The notes beneath the pieces were generated by a model. That model ran no database searches. It saw nothing but the letters and a program-made list of their open reading frames with translations, and had not been told where the DNA came from. Below are positions 34,752 to 45,639 of a stretch of DNA of 64,000 nt, piece by piece (positions within the stretch are counted from its first letter, which is position 1; each line of letters opens with the position of its first letter). The translations under genes and the position numbers were made by a program. Location: NCBI GenBank assembly GCA_964016885.1, contig OZ024743.1, forward strand, positions 235,910,001-235,974,000. Reading direction: 5' to 3'. This DNA is from Eledone cirrhosa. Taxonomy: Eukaryota.

Positions 34752-36116
34752 ATGGCGGAACAACAAACAGCGGAGCTAATAAAGTTGTTTAGAGAACAGA
34801 TGGAACAACAAATGCAACAACACAAGAAAGATATGGACATTCTGATAAAACTGTTTGGTGCTCGAAATTCTGAACAACAGAGTTTATTGGCGTCGCCAGT
34901 TGCTTCGACACCAACAGCATTCATCCCACCATTTGCTGCTTTTGATTCAACAACAGAACTATGGCCTGATTACTGGTCAAGATTCTGCACGTTTGTGGCT
35001 GCTAACACTGTACCCGAGCAACGCATGGCACAAGTGTTCCTGACTAATCAGACGGCTGCTATCTACAAACAACTTGCAAATCTGGCTGCTCAACAAAATC
35101 CGCCTAAGAATATCAACAAGTTGACAATGGACGAAATTGTTGACTTCATGAAAGAACAGTTCGACCCAAAACTTTTCATTGTGAGAGAACGTTTCAAGTT
35201 CTGGAGTGACATGCAACGGAAGCCAGGCGAAACTCTCCAGGAGCTGGCAGCACGTATACGTCAGGATGCAGCTACCTGTGATTTTCCTTCGATCACAAAT
35301 CCACAAGATGAAGCTCTAAGACAGAGATTTATATGTTCTGTCAATAATGAAGCTGTGTTGAAGGCTATTTTCAAGATCAAGGATACAGAACTAGATTTCG
35401 CCCGTGCTGTCCAAGTTGCCATCGGGACCGAAGACGCAGCAAAGGTTGCCAAGGAAACTGTTTACGGTTCCAAAACCAAGAACAAGGGTCCTCGAAAGAA
35501 CTATCAGCAGTCTTATTCCACAGACCAGGAGATGTGCTACCGATGTGGAAAGGCCGACAAAGTGACAGACTATCCCTTCAAAGAAGCCAAATGTCATTTT
35601 TGTGACAAAAAGGGACATTTGCAAGCAGTGTGTAGAAAGAAACAACATCAGCAACGTAATCATCGCTCACAGAATTACGTGAAAAGAATCACGAAAGCTG
35701 AGCTAGTCAAAGCGATCCTTGGTGAAGTTCCCCACGATACTCATAGTTTGAATGTGCCAATAACAATCCAGAACAGACTTTTCACAATGGAATTGGACAC
35801 AGCTACTACAGGCAATTTTGTTTCCTTGTCAGTTTGGAAACAATTAGGAAAACCGAAGCTGCAAGATGTCAAACATCGGTTTGAATCTGCCAGCAAGCAC
35901 GACCTGCCCGTTCTGGGAACTTTCATGGGCCAAACCAAGGATCCAACGACCGGTAAACGGAATTCAATACCCTACATCGTCACCAAGATCCCTGATCTTA
36001 ATTTGCTGGGACGAAACGCTATCCAGACTCTGGGAATTTCCGTGGACAATGCTCTAGGATTGAAAAGCATAGACAGCCAGGCCAAGAGTGAGGGTGCATC
36101 CAAAGACCTCAAATGA
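34752..36116 (+). pseudogene. gag: Gag plus aspartic protease
   Basis: ATG at 34752. ERFKFWSDMQRKPGETLQELAARIR capsid-like motif, knuckles CYRCGK... (degenerate) and CHFCDKKGHLQAVC, protease MELDTAT and NLLGRN. Confidence 0.88.
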
Positions 36117-38938
36117 GCCCTATATTTCCATGCAACGAGATTGTCACATGTGTGATGAATTCCCAGATCTCTTCAAGCAAGAATTGGGATGTCTTAATGA
36201 CTTCGAACTGGAAGTGAAGTTCAAGTCGGACGCGACACCGGTCTTTCACAAGGCACGCCCGGTCCCGTTTGCTCTTCGTGATGACCTGGCGAAAGGTTAC
36301 GAAGAAGGCATCGCCAAAGGAATCTGGAAGCCAATACAGTTCAACGAATACGGAACGCCAGTGGTACCGATTCGTAAAGCACGTACTTCAGGCAACCTGA
36401 AGCCCAAACTACGGATTTGTGGTGACTACTCTGTGGGAATTATTGACCAACTTGCAGATCATCGTCATCCAATGCCACTCCCAGAGGAACTGATGCAGAA
36501 GCTCGGAGGTGGATTCGGATACACAAAGATTGATCTTGCTGATGCCTATAATCAGATCAAGCTGGCTCCAGAAAGTCAATGCAGGCTTGCACTCAGCACT
36601 CACCGTGGGGTGTTCCTGCAGGAACGACTCCCTTTCGGAATCAAGTCAGCACCTGGTTACTTTCAGGAGATCATGGAAAACCTGACTCAAGATCTACCTG
36701 GTGTGGCCATCTTCCAGGACGACATGCTCGTCAGTGGGAAAGATAAAAACGATCACCTGAACAACCTAAAGTGTCTGCTCACACGTCTGTGCGACAAAGG
36801 ACTCAAATGTCGCCGTGACAAGTGCCAGTTTGCACTACCCAGTGTGGAATACCTTGGACACACCTTGTCGGCTGAAGGGATCGCGAAGGGATCCAAGGTC
36901 GAAGCAGTTTTAAAGATGCCACCTCCAACAAACGTCTCAAGCTTGAAGTCTTTCCTGGGTTCAGTTCAGTTCTATGGAAAGTTTATCCCAAACCTGGCCA
37001 GCATGGTAGAGCCATTCTGTTGCCTTACGAAAGAAACGACTACTTGGAAGTGGGGAGATGAAGAACAGTCAGATTTCGATCAGTTGAAAAATGTGCTTTC
37101 ATTGGATCGAGTTCTGATACACTTCGATCCAAACAAAACTTTGGGACTGGCTTGCGACGCGTCAAACGTTGGTATTGGAGCAGTCCTGTTTCATTGCTAT
37201 CCTGATGGAAGCGAGCGCCCAATATCCAATGTGTCCAAGGCTCTTACTTCTGTACAGCGTAACTACGGCCAAATTCAAAAGGAAGCCCTGGCCATCATAT
37301 TTGGCTTGCAGAAGTTCTATCAGTATCTGTACGGACATCAGTTTATACTCATAACTGACATCACTGTTCAGTCCGAGGAAAGAGACACCACTTCTCGCTG
37401 CTAACCGACTAGCACGGTGGGCCCTGTGGCTGAACCAGTTTGACTACACCATCGAATATCGGAAAACAGCGGATCATGGCAATGCAGATGCCCTCAGTCG
37501 CTTGCCATTTGGTAATGATATCGATTTTGACAGGAAGGAAAATGGTGAAGACATGGACATGGTGTGCGCCATCAAAGCTCTCAGTCTTCAAGTCCAACCT
37601 ATCGATTCTAACGTCCTCCGTCAAGAGTCAGGGAAAGATCCAGTGATATCTACAGTGATACGCTACGTCCGTGAAGGCTGGCCACCAAAGAATACTGACA
37701 TCAATGACGAAGTCAATAAGTTCCAGAAGTTATCGGATTCACTCAGTATCTGCCACGGATGCCTTATCCATGGATCGAGAGTTGTGATTCCACATAGCTT
37801 ACAGCCAAAGATCCTCAATCTTCTGCATCTCGGACACTTTGGCATGGAGCGCATGAAACAATTGGCAAGAACTGCTGTTTATTGGCCTGGTATCGATGCT
37901 GCTATAGAGAAAACCAGTCGACAATGTGATTCGTGTGGTGAACATCAAAACCAGCCATCCAAGTCTCCAGTTCACCCATGGATGTTACCTGAAAAGCCGT
38001 GGAGCCGCTTACGCCTGGACCACGCAATAAATTTCATGGGCAGTAATTGGTTGGTGATCACGGATGATTATTCCAAGTATCCATGCATTCATCCTACGTC
38101 ATCCATGTCCTCCAGAGCCACTTTAGATCTGCTTGAAGAAGACTTTGCGCACTTCGGATTTCCTCACACGCTAGTCACCGATAACGCACCAACTTTTATT
38201 TCTGAGGAGTTCCAGAGCTGGTGCAAAGAACGTGGGATCACGCACCAGACAGGGGCACCTTACCACTCAGCTACTAACGGAGCAGCGGAACGTTTGATGC
38301 AGACCTTCAAACAAACTCTGAGGAAGACTTCTCTTCCGCCGAAGCGAGCACTTCAAGAGTTCTTGATGCAGTACCGGAGAACACCGACATCCAGTGGATT
38401 CTCTCCGAGTGAACTTTTGAATCACCGGCAGATACGGACAAGGATTGATTCTCTGCTGCCCTCGCCAGCACACATCACTCAAGGCAAGCAGTCTAAGGAA
38501 GCATATAAGTCTCAGATGACTCCGGACTCGGCAGGTGTCGCTAAGGTTACCAGGCAGTACAAGGCTGGAGATCCTGTGTATGCACTGTACTACGGACCTC
38601 GCCGAGACAAAGATCCCCGATGGGTACCAGCAATCATTCAGAAGTCATTGGGTACTCGCTGCTTCAACGTTAAGTTCATACCTCATGGCCCGGTGTGGAG
38701 ACGACACTGGGAACAGCTGCAACCGCGGTACACTACTGAGGAAGACAATGAACCTGGTGATGCAGTAGACACTGTTTTTGAATTTGCAACAGATCACCCG
38801 ATGGAGATCTCGGAAATCGTGCCACTAACTCCAAGACAGACCAGACCCAAGACCTTGTTGCCCGTTCCAGAGTATGGACCAGACAATCGAAGACGGTCCA
38901 AGAGAACTCGTAAATCCCCAGAGAGACTTTGCTGTTGA
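36088..38938 (+). pseudogene. pol: Pol: RT, RNase H and integrase, split by frameshifts near 36100 and 37360
   Basis: RT: LRICGDY, IDLADAYNQI, RLPFGIKSAPGYFQ, FQDD, VEYLGH. RNase H: LACDASNVGIGAVL, KEALAIIFG. Integrase: HLGHFG...YWPGID...CDSC, DNAPTF, NGAAER. Confidence 0.92.
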
Positions 38939-38972
38939 TGCTTCTTTTGTCGCATCAATTTCGGTGGGGAGG

Positions 38973-39245
38973 TGTTGTATGGACTGTGAATCGAACTCAC
39001 AACCTCATTGTTGTATGGACTGTTAAATTCGATTTGTTCAATTTACACGTGCTCACACATTTGCATATGAATCACGTGACCTGGGCAGTCAGTCAACGTT
39101 GGTATTAAAAACTCGGTCACAGACTACTTACTTACTTTATGTTATTCTGCTACTGCGAGGAGGGGTGTTTTGGTTGTTTCGCAAATTACACAAATTATTT
39201 GATATAACTCGTGTTTTCTCTGCGAGTACCGAGAGGAATATACCA
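38973..39245 (+). repeat. 3' LTR (273 bp)
   Basis: Differs from the 5' LTR by about 4 substitutions and one 3-bp indel, read by eye. Confidence 0.96.
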
Positions 39246-39644
39246 GTAACCCTCTGTGATACCAGTCTACCCTGTAAAGTGGTGGTACTGGTAACCCTCT
39301 CTTCTTTCTGGCCTTCTCTGTTGCTCCACCATCTATGTCTCACCCCCATACTTCATGGCACCCTTCACAAAACCATGGTACCTCTCTCACATGTAGCATA
39401 CACTCCCATACATCATGGTACCTCTCTCACATATAGCATACACTCCCATACATCATAGTACCTCTCTCACATGTAGCATACACTCCCATACATCATGGCA
39501 CCTCTCACACCTTTCTCTTCTGTTCTTTCCAGTCTTCTCTACTGCGCCACATTCACCATCCATGTCTCAACCCTATAAACCATGTCACCTCACACACAAG
39601 TAGCACACACCTTACCCTACATTAACTCAAAGTAAAGAAAGTAA

Positions 39645-40706
39645 GAAGGGTCTCTAAGTGACCAGTGGACATCACATGGATGGAAGAAGGGTCTCTAAGT
39701 AACCGGTGGAGATCACATGGATGGAAGAAAGGTCTCTAAGTGACCAGTGGACATCACATGGATGGAAGAAGGGTCTCTAAGTGACCGGTGGAGATCACAT
39801 GGATGGAAGAAGGGTCTCTAAGTGACCAGTGGACATCACATGGATGGAAGAAGGGTCTCTAAGTGACCGGTGGAGATCACATGGATGGAAGAAGGGTCTC
39901 TAAATGACCGGTGGACATCACATGGATGGAAGAAGGGTCTCTAAATGACCGGTGGAGATCACATGGATGGAAGAAGGGTCTCTAAGTGACCGGTGGAGAT
40001 CACATGGATGGAAGAAGGGTCTCTAAGTGACCGGTGGAGATCACATGGATGGAAGAAGGGTCTCTAAGTGACCGGTGGAGATCACATGGATGGAAGAAGG
40101 GTCTCTAAGTGACCGGTGGAGATCACATGGATGGAAGAAGGGTCTCTAAGTGACCGGTGGAGATCACATGGATGGAAGAAGGGTCTCTAAATGACCGGTG
40201 GAGATCACATGGATGGAAGAAGGGTCTCTAAGTGACCGGTGGAGATCACATGGATGGAAGAAGGGTCTCTAAGTGACCGGTGGAGATCACATGGATGGAA
40301 GAAGGGTCTCTAAATGACCGGTGGACATCACATGGATGGAAGAAGGGTCTCTAAATGACCGGTGGAGATCACATGGATGGAAGAAGGGTCTCTAAGTGAC
40401 CGGTGGAGATCACATGGATGGAAGAAGGGTCTCTAAGTGACCGGTGGAGATCACATGGATGGAAGAAGGGTCTCTAAGTGACCGGTGGAGATCACATGGA
40501 TGGAAGAAGGGTCTCTAAGTGACCAGTGGACATCACATGGATGGAAGAAGGGTCTCTAAGTGACCGGTGGAGATCACATGGATGGAAGAAGGGTCTCTAA
40601 GTGACCGGTGGAGATCACATGGATGGAAGAAGGGTCTCTAAGTGACCAGTGGACATCACATGGATGGAAGAAGGGTCTCTAAGTGACCGGTGGAGATCAC
40701 ATGGAT
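39645..40706. repeat. 41-bp tandem satellite (GAAGAAGGGTCTCTAAGTGACCGGTGGAGATCACATGGATG), about 26 units
   Basis: Period 41, highly homogeneous. Confidence 0.97.
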
Positions 40707-41399
40707 CCCAACAAAACATTCTCTGACCAAATCAAAGACAAAACAAAAGTTCTTTGTTTAGAGAACAACAACTGCTTTGTTACAGGGAAGACATAGCTGG
40801 TCGGTGGTGCTGGGGTGGGGTGGGGTGGAAGGTGTGTGTGTGTGTTGGTGGGGGTGAGTGTGTGTTGCTGGTGTGTGGAGGGTGAGTGTGTGTTGGTGGT
40901 AGTGTGGAGGGTGTATGTGTGTTGGTGGTGGTGGGGTGGGGTGTGTGGCTGATGGTGTGTGAAGGGTGAGTGTGTGTTTGTTGTGTGTCTGTGTGGTTGG
41001 TGGTGTAAGTATGTGTGTGTGTGGGGTGGCGGTGGGGTGACGAACAGAATATGCCTGTCAATATAGAGACAACATTCTTACAAGATAATGTAACAGAACA
41101 CACACACATATATATATACACACATATATGTATATATATATACACACACACTCACATAAACAAGACACCTTTGTGAAGTAACTACATATATTCACAATGA
41201 GAATTATATATATATACATACGCGTGTATACATATACACACACACATATGTGTGTGTGTATATGTGTATATATATATGTATATATATATATGCATACATA
41301 TATGTGTATATATATATGTGTATATATATATGCATACATATATGTGTATATATATATATATGCATACATATATGTGTATATATATATATATATGCATAC

Positions 41400-41431
<32 letters not shown>

Positions 41432-41777
41432 GCATACATATATGTATACACATAGACACACATATATGCCTACATCTAAATATATATATGTGTGTGTATA
41501 ATTCTCACTTCAATTACTATAGAATTAGTTATCAGCTCTGCGTTATGTAGTGTATGAAAGTGTAAACTCTACAACAGCTGGATTTAATAAGATCAGATTG
41601 AGAGCATGTAGTTGGTACAATGAAATAGTAAATCTTACGGTCTTATGTGGCTTTTACTGGCAATTATATCAAATCATCTAATTCCGTTTGATTCCAGTTT
41701 CGATGAATGTCAACAAATAAGTAATTAGATGCTGACAGAGATATGTGATTTGTAGTATGTACTTGGCTACCAAAATA

Positions 41778-41845
41778 ACTTACAAACTGTAATAATGACA
41801 CCAAATGACCAAAACTTACCTGCAAAGAGAGAAAGAAAAAAAGTA
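41778..41845 (-). promoter_or_regulatory. Candidate recursive splice site with a 36-nt RS-exon
   Basis: Minus strand TTTTTTTCTTTCTCTCTTTGCAG|GTAAGT (junction 41820/41819). A second GTAAGT lies 36 nt downstream (41783-41778). Confidence 0.5.
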
Positions 41846-42052
41846 TGTTACAACATGGAATTACTAATACGAATTTCAACAGAAAAAAGAATATTATCAA
41901 AAGAAAACATAAAAAAGGTAGGCTAAACATTTCTTTGTTGTTAAACATTTTTCTGTTGCACCTTTTCATGACCATATTCATAATGAAATACCTGTCCAAC
42001 CCTTTATAACAGGGAAAGAGGATGTTAAAATAACACTGTTTTAATTCATTAA

Positions 42053-42258
42053 CCCTTTAGCATTTACATTACTCCATATTTACTATTGTATTTTCTCTGG
42101 TAAAGGCTTTACCTCACATATCGAATCTATGAGATTTTGATGTTATTTATTTTGAGAACAATACCTTAACATCAGTATGAATGGCCAGTTACAGCCAGTT
42201 TGAATAGAAAGAAGTGAGAGAATTCCGGCCAGATACAGCCGGTTGAAATGCTAAAAGG
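42053..42258 (-). mobile_element. piggyBac-like MITE
   Basis: TTAA|CCCTTTAGCATTT ... AAATGCTAAAAGG|TTAA. Opposite orientation to 44395-44602. Confidence 0.88.
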
Positions 42259-42303
42259 TTAATGAAGAATTTTTATCATTTCATCTCTGCGATAATAATT
42301 TAA

Positions 42304-42816
42304 CCCTTTAGCATTTAAACAGGCCATATCTGGTCAAAATTTTCTCCCCCTTTTTCTGTTCGAAATGGTCTTAACCAGCTGCTCATACCAGTGTTAAGTT
42401 ATCATTCTCAAAATAAATAATAACATCATCAAATTCTCATAGCTTCAATATTATGTGAGAAAAAACTTCTAGCATTAAAATACAATAGTAAATATAGAGT
42501 AATGTAATGTTATGTAAGGTAAAGCCTTTACTGTGAAAATACAATAGTATATATAGAGTAATGTAAATGTTATGTGAGGTAAAGCCTTTACTGTGAAAAT
42601 ACAATAGTATATATAGAGTAATGTAAATGTTATGTGAGGTAAAGCCTTTACTGTGAAAATACAATAGTATATATAGAGTAATGTAAATGTTATGTGAGGT
42701 AAAGCCTTTACTGTGAAAATACAATAGTAAATATAGAGTAATGTAATGTTATGTGAGGTAAAGCCTTTACTGTGAAAATACAATAGTATATATAGAGTAA
42801 TGTAAATGGTAAAGGG
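42304..42816 (+). mobile_element. piggyBac-like MITE with an internal 60-bp tandem expansion
   Basis: TTAA flanks and CCCTTTAGCATTTA TIRs. Identical 60-bp lines at 42541, 42601 and 42661. Confidence 0.9.
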
Positions 42817-43317
42817 TTAAGCAGGAACCATTTCAAATGGATGCTTTTGTTTCAAAGAACCAAAAGTGGTTTCCATTGGCTTGATATATAAATGGTTGCA
42901 TAGCTTTGTTTCATAGAACTAGCACTGGTATCTAAAGGGTTAATTATTTACCATTCTTTTGGCATTAATCAATTCGTGAATGTTATTAAGGAGTAAACTA
43001 CCTATGTTTCAATAAAACCAAGATTTTGGAAGGTTTTATATTAAGATGTATCACTTTATATAATATCTCGTGTGGAGACAGACTTGATGAATGGTTAAGA
43101 AGTTTACATGGCAATCACTAGATCCCAGGTTTGATCCCAGGTTTAGAGAGATTGTAAGTAGACAGTGTAAGAAATGCACAGCAGAAGTTAGTGTAAGAGC
43201 ACCAGTGAAATAAACTTTGTCATATCTGAGGAAGGTTTCATAGAAGTGGTTGTGGTACCTAGTTGAAATAATTAACAGTGGATGAGGTCGCTCTCAAACC
43301 ATAGTAGCTAGAATAAG

Positions 43318-43762
43318 AACAGGAAAAAGTTCAGGGAGCTACTACCTTTGTTGACAACAACAAGTTTCTATGAATGAAAGGCTGGCTATATGATGTCTGC
43401 ATGCAAAGTGTGATGTTACATAGAAGTGAAACATGCATAGTAAATGCAGTGGATGTGAGAATATTGGAGAGAAATGAACTGAACATTCTTTGATGGATGT
43501 GTGATGTTAATATGCATGAATAGTGAAGCATGAATGGGCTGAGAGAGAAGCCTGCACTGGTATGGACATGTGTTGTGTATGGAGAGTGATCATTGGGTGA
43601 AGAAGTGCCAGGAATTACCAGTGGAAGGAAACAAAAAGTGGTGAGAGAAGATCTCTAAACACAGAACTTCCCAGAGAAAGTAACGAGGGAATGCAACAAA
43701 TGGAGAGATGTGGTGAAAAAGACCTGTCCAACCCATGCAAACACGGAGAAAACATGATGATA
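43318..43762 (+). mobile_element. Old degenerate RTE (family B-like) 3' fragment
   Basis: GGAAAAAGTTCAGGGAGCTACTACC, TGGTATGGACATGTG and tail CCAACCCATGCAA...ATGATGAT. Confidence 0.8.
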
Positions 43763-44394
43763 TATATATTGTATTGTATTTCATTGTATTATACTATTGC
43801 TGTGACGTCAACAAATTTAGATCTAAAAGCTGAGACTTGTTCAATAGAAATAGAGAGGAGAGGAAAAGATGGGGAGATTGTGTGCAAGCCATGTATAGAC
43901 AAGCTGTCAGTAGAACGAGAGTGAGGAATTCAATTATACAGGTAGGAGTTCCTCAAATCTCACTCCTCAGCCTTCTACTATTTATTATAATTCTCCAAAA
44001 AGACAGCAGAGAAAAAGATGAAGAGATTGTGTGGAATAAAACAATGAAATGATATGATAATCTTTAGTAAAGTATGTCTCAGAAGAACTTAGACAAAACC
44101 AATCTTACAATTTTTTTTTCCTGGTTTCTCCTGAAACACCATCCTAACATGTTCAACAGATTTTAACATTCTTTATTGCCAGAAACATGGAAAGAAACAA
44201 CCAAAATGGCCATTTTGTTTTGACATAATATTCAGAAAGAATATACAATACCTAGAAGCCTATGTTTTAATGTGACCTAGTGATTAGGGTATCAGTCTCA
44301 ATATTATATGGCCATGGGTTCAATTCCTGGACCAGGCAGCATGTGACCTTGAGCAAGACTCTTCATTTCACACTGCTCCAACACATTCAGTTAA

Positions 44395-44602
44395 CCCTTT
44401 AGCATTTAAACTGGCCATATCCAGCCAGAATTCTCTTGCTTCTTTCTATTCAAACTGGCTGTAACTGGTCCCTCATACCGATGTTAAGGTATTGTTCTCA
44501 AAATAAATAATATCAACATCTTGTAGATTTGATATTATGTGAAATAAAGCTTTTACTGGGAAAATACAATAGTAAGTATAGAGTAATGTAAATGCTAAAG
44601 GG
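44395..44602 (+). mobile_element. piggyBac-like MITE (unexpanded, 208 bp) inserted in a family-2 SINE
   Basis: TTAA|CCCTTTAGCATTTA...TAAATGCTAAAGGG|TTAA. SINE head at about 44270-44390. Confidence 0.92.
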
Positions 44603-44964
44603 TTAAAAAAGAATTAATACAAGCAGCAGAAGGTGGGGATAACTCCTATGATGAACTAGTCTCTGGTTGAGAGGGGTCTTTTACATAAGATTGGGGGTAC
44701 CTATTAAAGTACCTGAGAATCCTTCTATGAGATACAATTTTGTAGGAATCCTGCTAAACCTACATATGTGTGAGCTGTAACAACATGATATGACTGGGTC
44801 CTACCATTGGAACGTCCAAGAGGTTTTCTATGAGATAGAACCAATGAGGAGCCCAGCTAAACCTACAAAGGTGTGAGCTGTAACAACAACAACAAAAGTA
44901 TGAATCCACAATGACTGCTAACTTATATATATAGAATCATTAGAACATCTGACAAGTCAGTCAA

Positions 44965-45275
44965 TCATAATGGTGGCCTCCCCACAGCCCCAGCGGACAG
45001 AATGGAGAAGGAGTTTCCTCGGAGGACGACAAGGAAGATGCGTTGGAAAAGCCATTCCAGCTTGCAAGGCTCACACCTGCGGCTGGCCAGCTCAGGGCCT
45101 ATGGTGGTGAGTAGGGAGGTAGCCCTAGGGCCGAGGACACCCAAAGTCTCTACTGCCAAGGGTACAACCACAAACCTGTCGGAGAGTGACCGGTATTTGA
45201 AGAGTTTGACCGCCTCAGCCCGACGTGCAGCAGAACCTGGGTTAGTCGCAGACTGCACCAAAAGTGGGTATGTAT
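44965..45275 (-). mobile_element. 3' fragment of a CRE-like (RLE-type) non-LTR retrotransposon
   Basis: GSAARRAEAVKLFKY...FVVVPLAVETLGVLG...LFQRIFLVVLRGNS resembles the restriction-like endonuclease C-terminus (K-x2-KY, P-x-AVET-x-G, QR...RGN). Confidence 0.75.
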
Positions 45276-45431
45276 ATGTGGGACCCCTCTCATTAAACAC
45301 CCTAAAAATCCTTCCATGATATGCACTCTCAGGGGAGGCTAGCTACACCTATATTGGTGTAAGCTGTAACAACAACCTATGTTTAGACAAAGAATATTCT
45401 AGATGATTCAGTGTTGTGAAGAACCAGAGAT

Positions 45432-45593
45432 TAATAATTGTTTCTACTTTTGGCACAAGGCCAGCAATTACCCCAGTGCATTACCAGTACTTTATTTTAT
45501 CGACCCCGTAAGGATGAAAGGCAAAGTTAAACTCGGCGGGATTTGAATTCAGAACGCAATGCATGGTGTCTGACGCTCTACGGATACTGCCAA
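45432..45593 (-). mobile_element. SINE (family 1)
   Basis: Reverse complement of the conserved body and B box. Confidence 0.85.
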
Positions 45594-45639
45594 TGATGGA
45601 TTATAACTGATACAGGCCTGGCTGTAGGGTCTGCTTCTG

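Larger units (their letters stand above)
34413..39245 (+). mobile_element. Full-length Ty3/Gypsy LTR retrotransposon (Mag-like organisation), inactivated by frameshifts
   Basis: LTRs 34413-34688 and 38973-39245 (TG...CA). TSD GTAAC at 34408-34412 and 39246-39250. PBS at 34697, PPT GGTGGGGAGG at 38963-38972. Domain order gag-PR-RT-RH-IN. Confidence 0.97.

Noticed and set aside
36088-36116. Programmed gag-pol frameshift
   Set aside because: The break falls after the protease, no clear slippery heptamer is present, and a second break disrupts RNase H (ITD-ITVQ instead of TDHKPL). Mutational decay is more likely.
39645-40706. CRISPR-like appearance of the regular 41-bp array (also the 48-bp array at 46206 and GATATTGAAG/(TG)n at 10230)
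   Set aside because: No unique spacers, no cas genes, and a eukaryotic context. These are plain tandem repeats.
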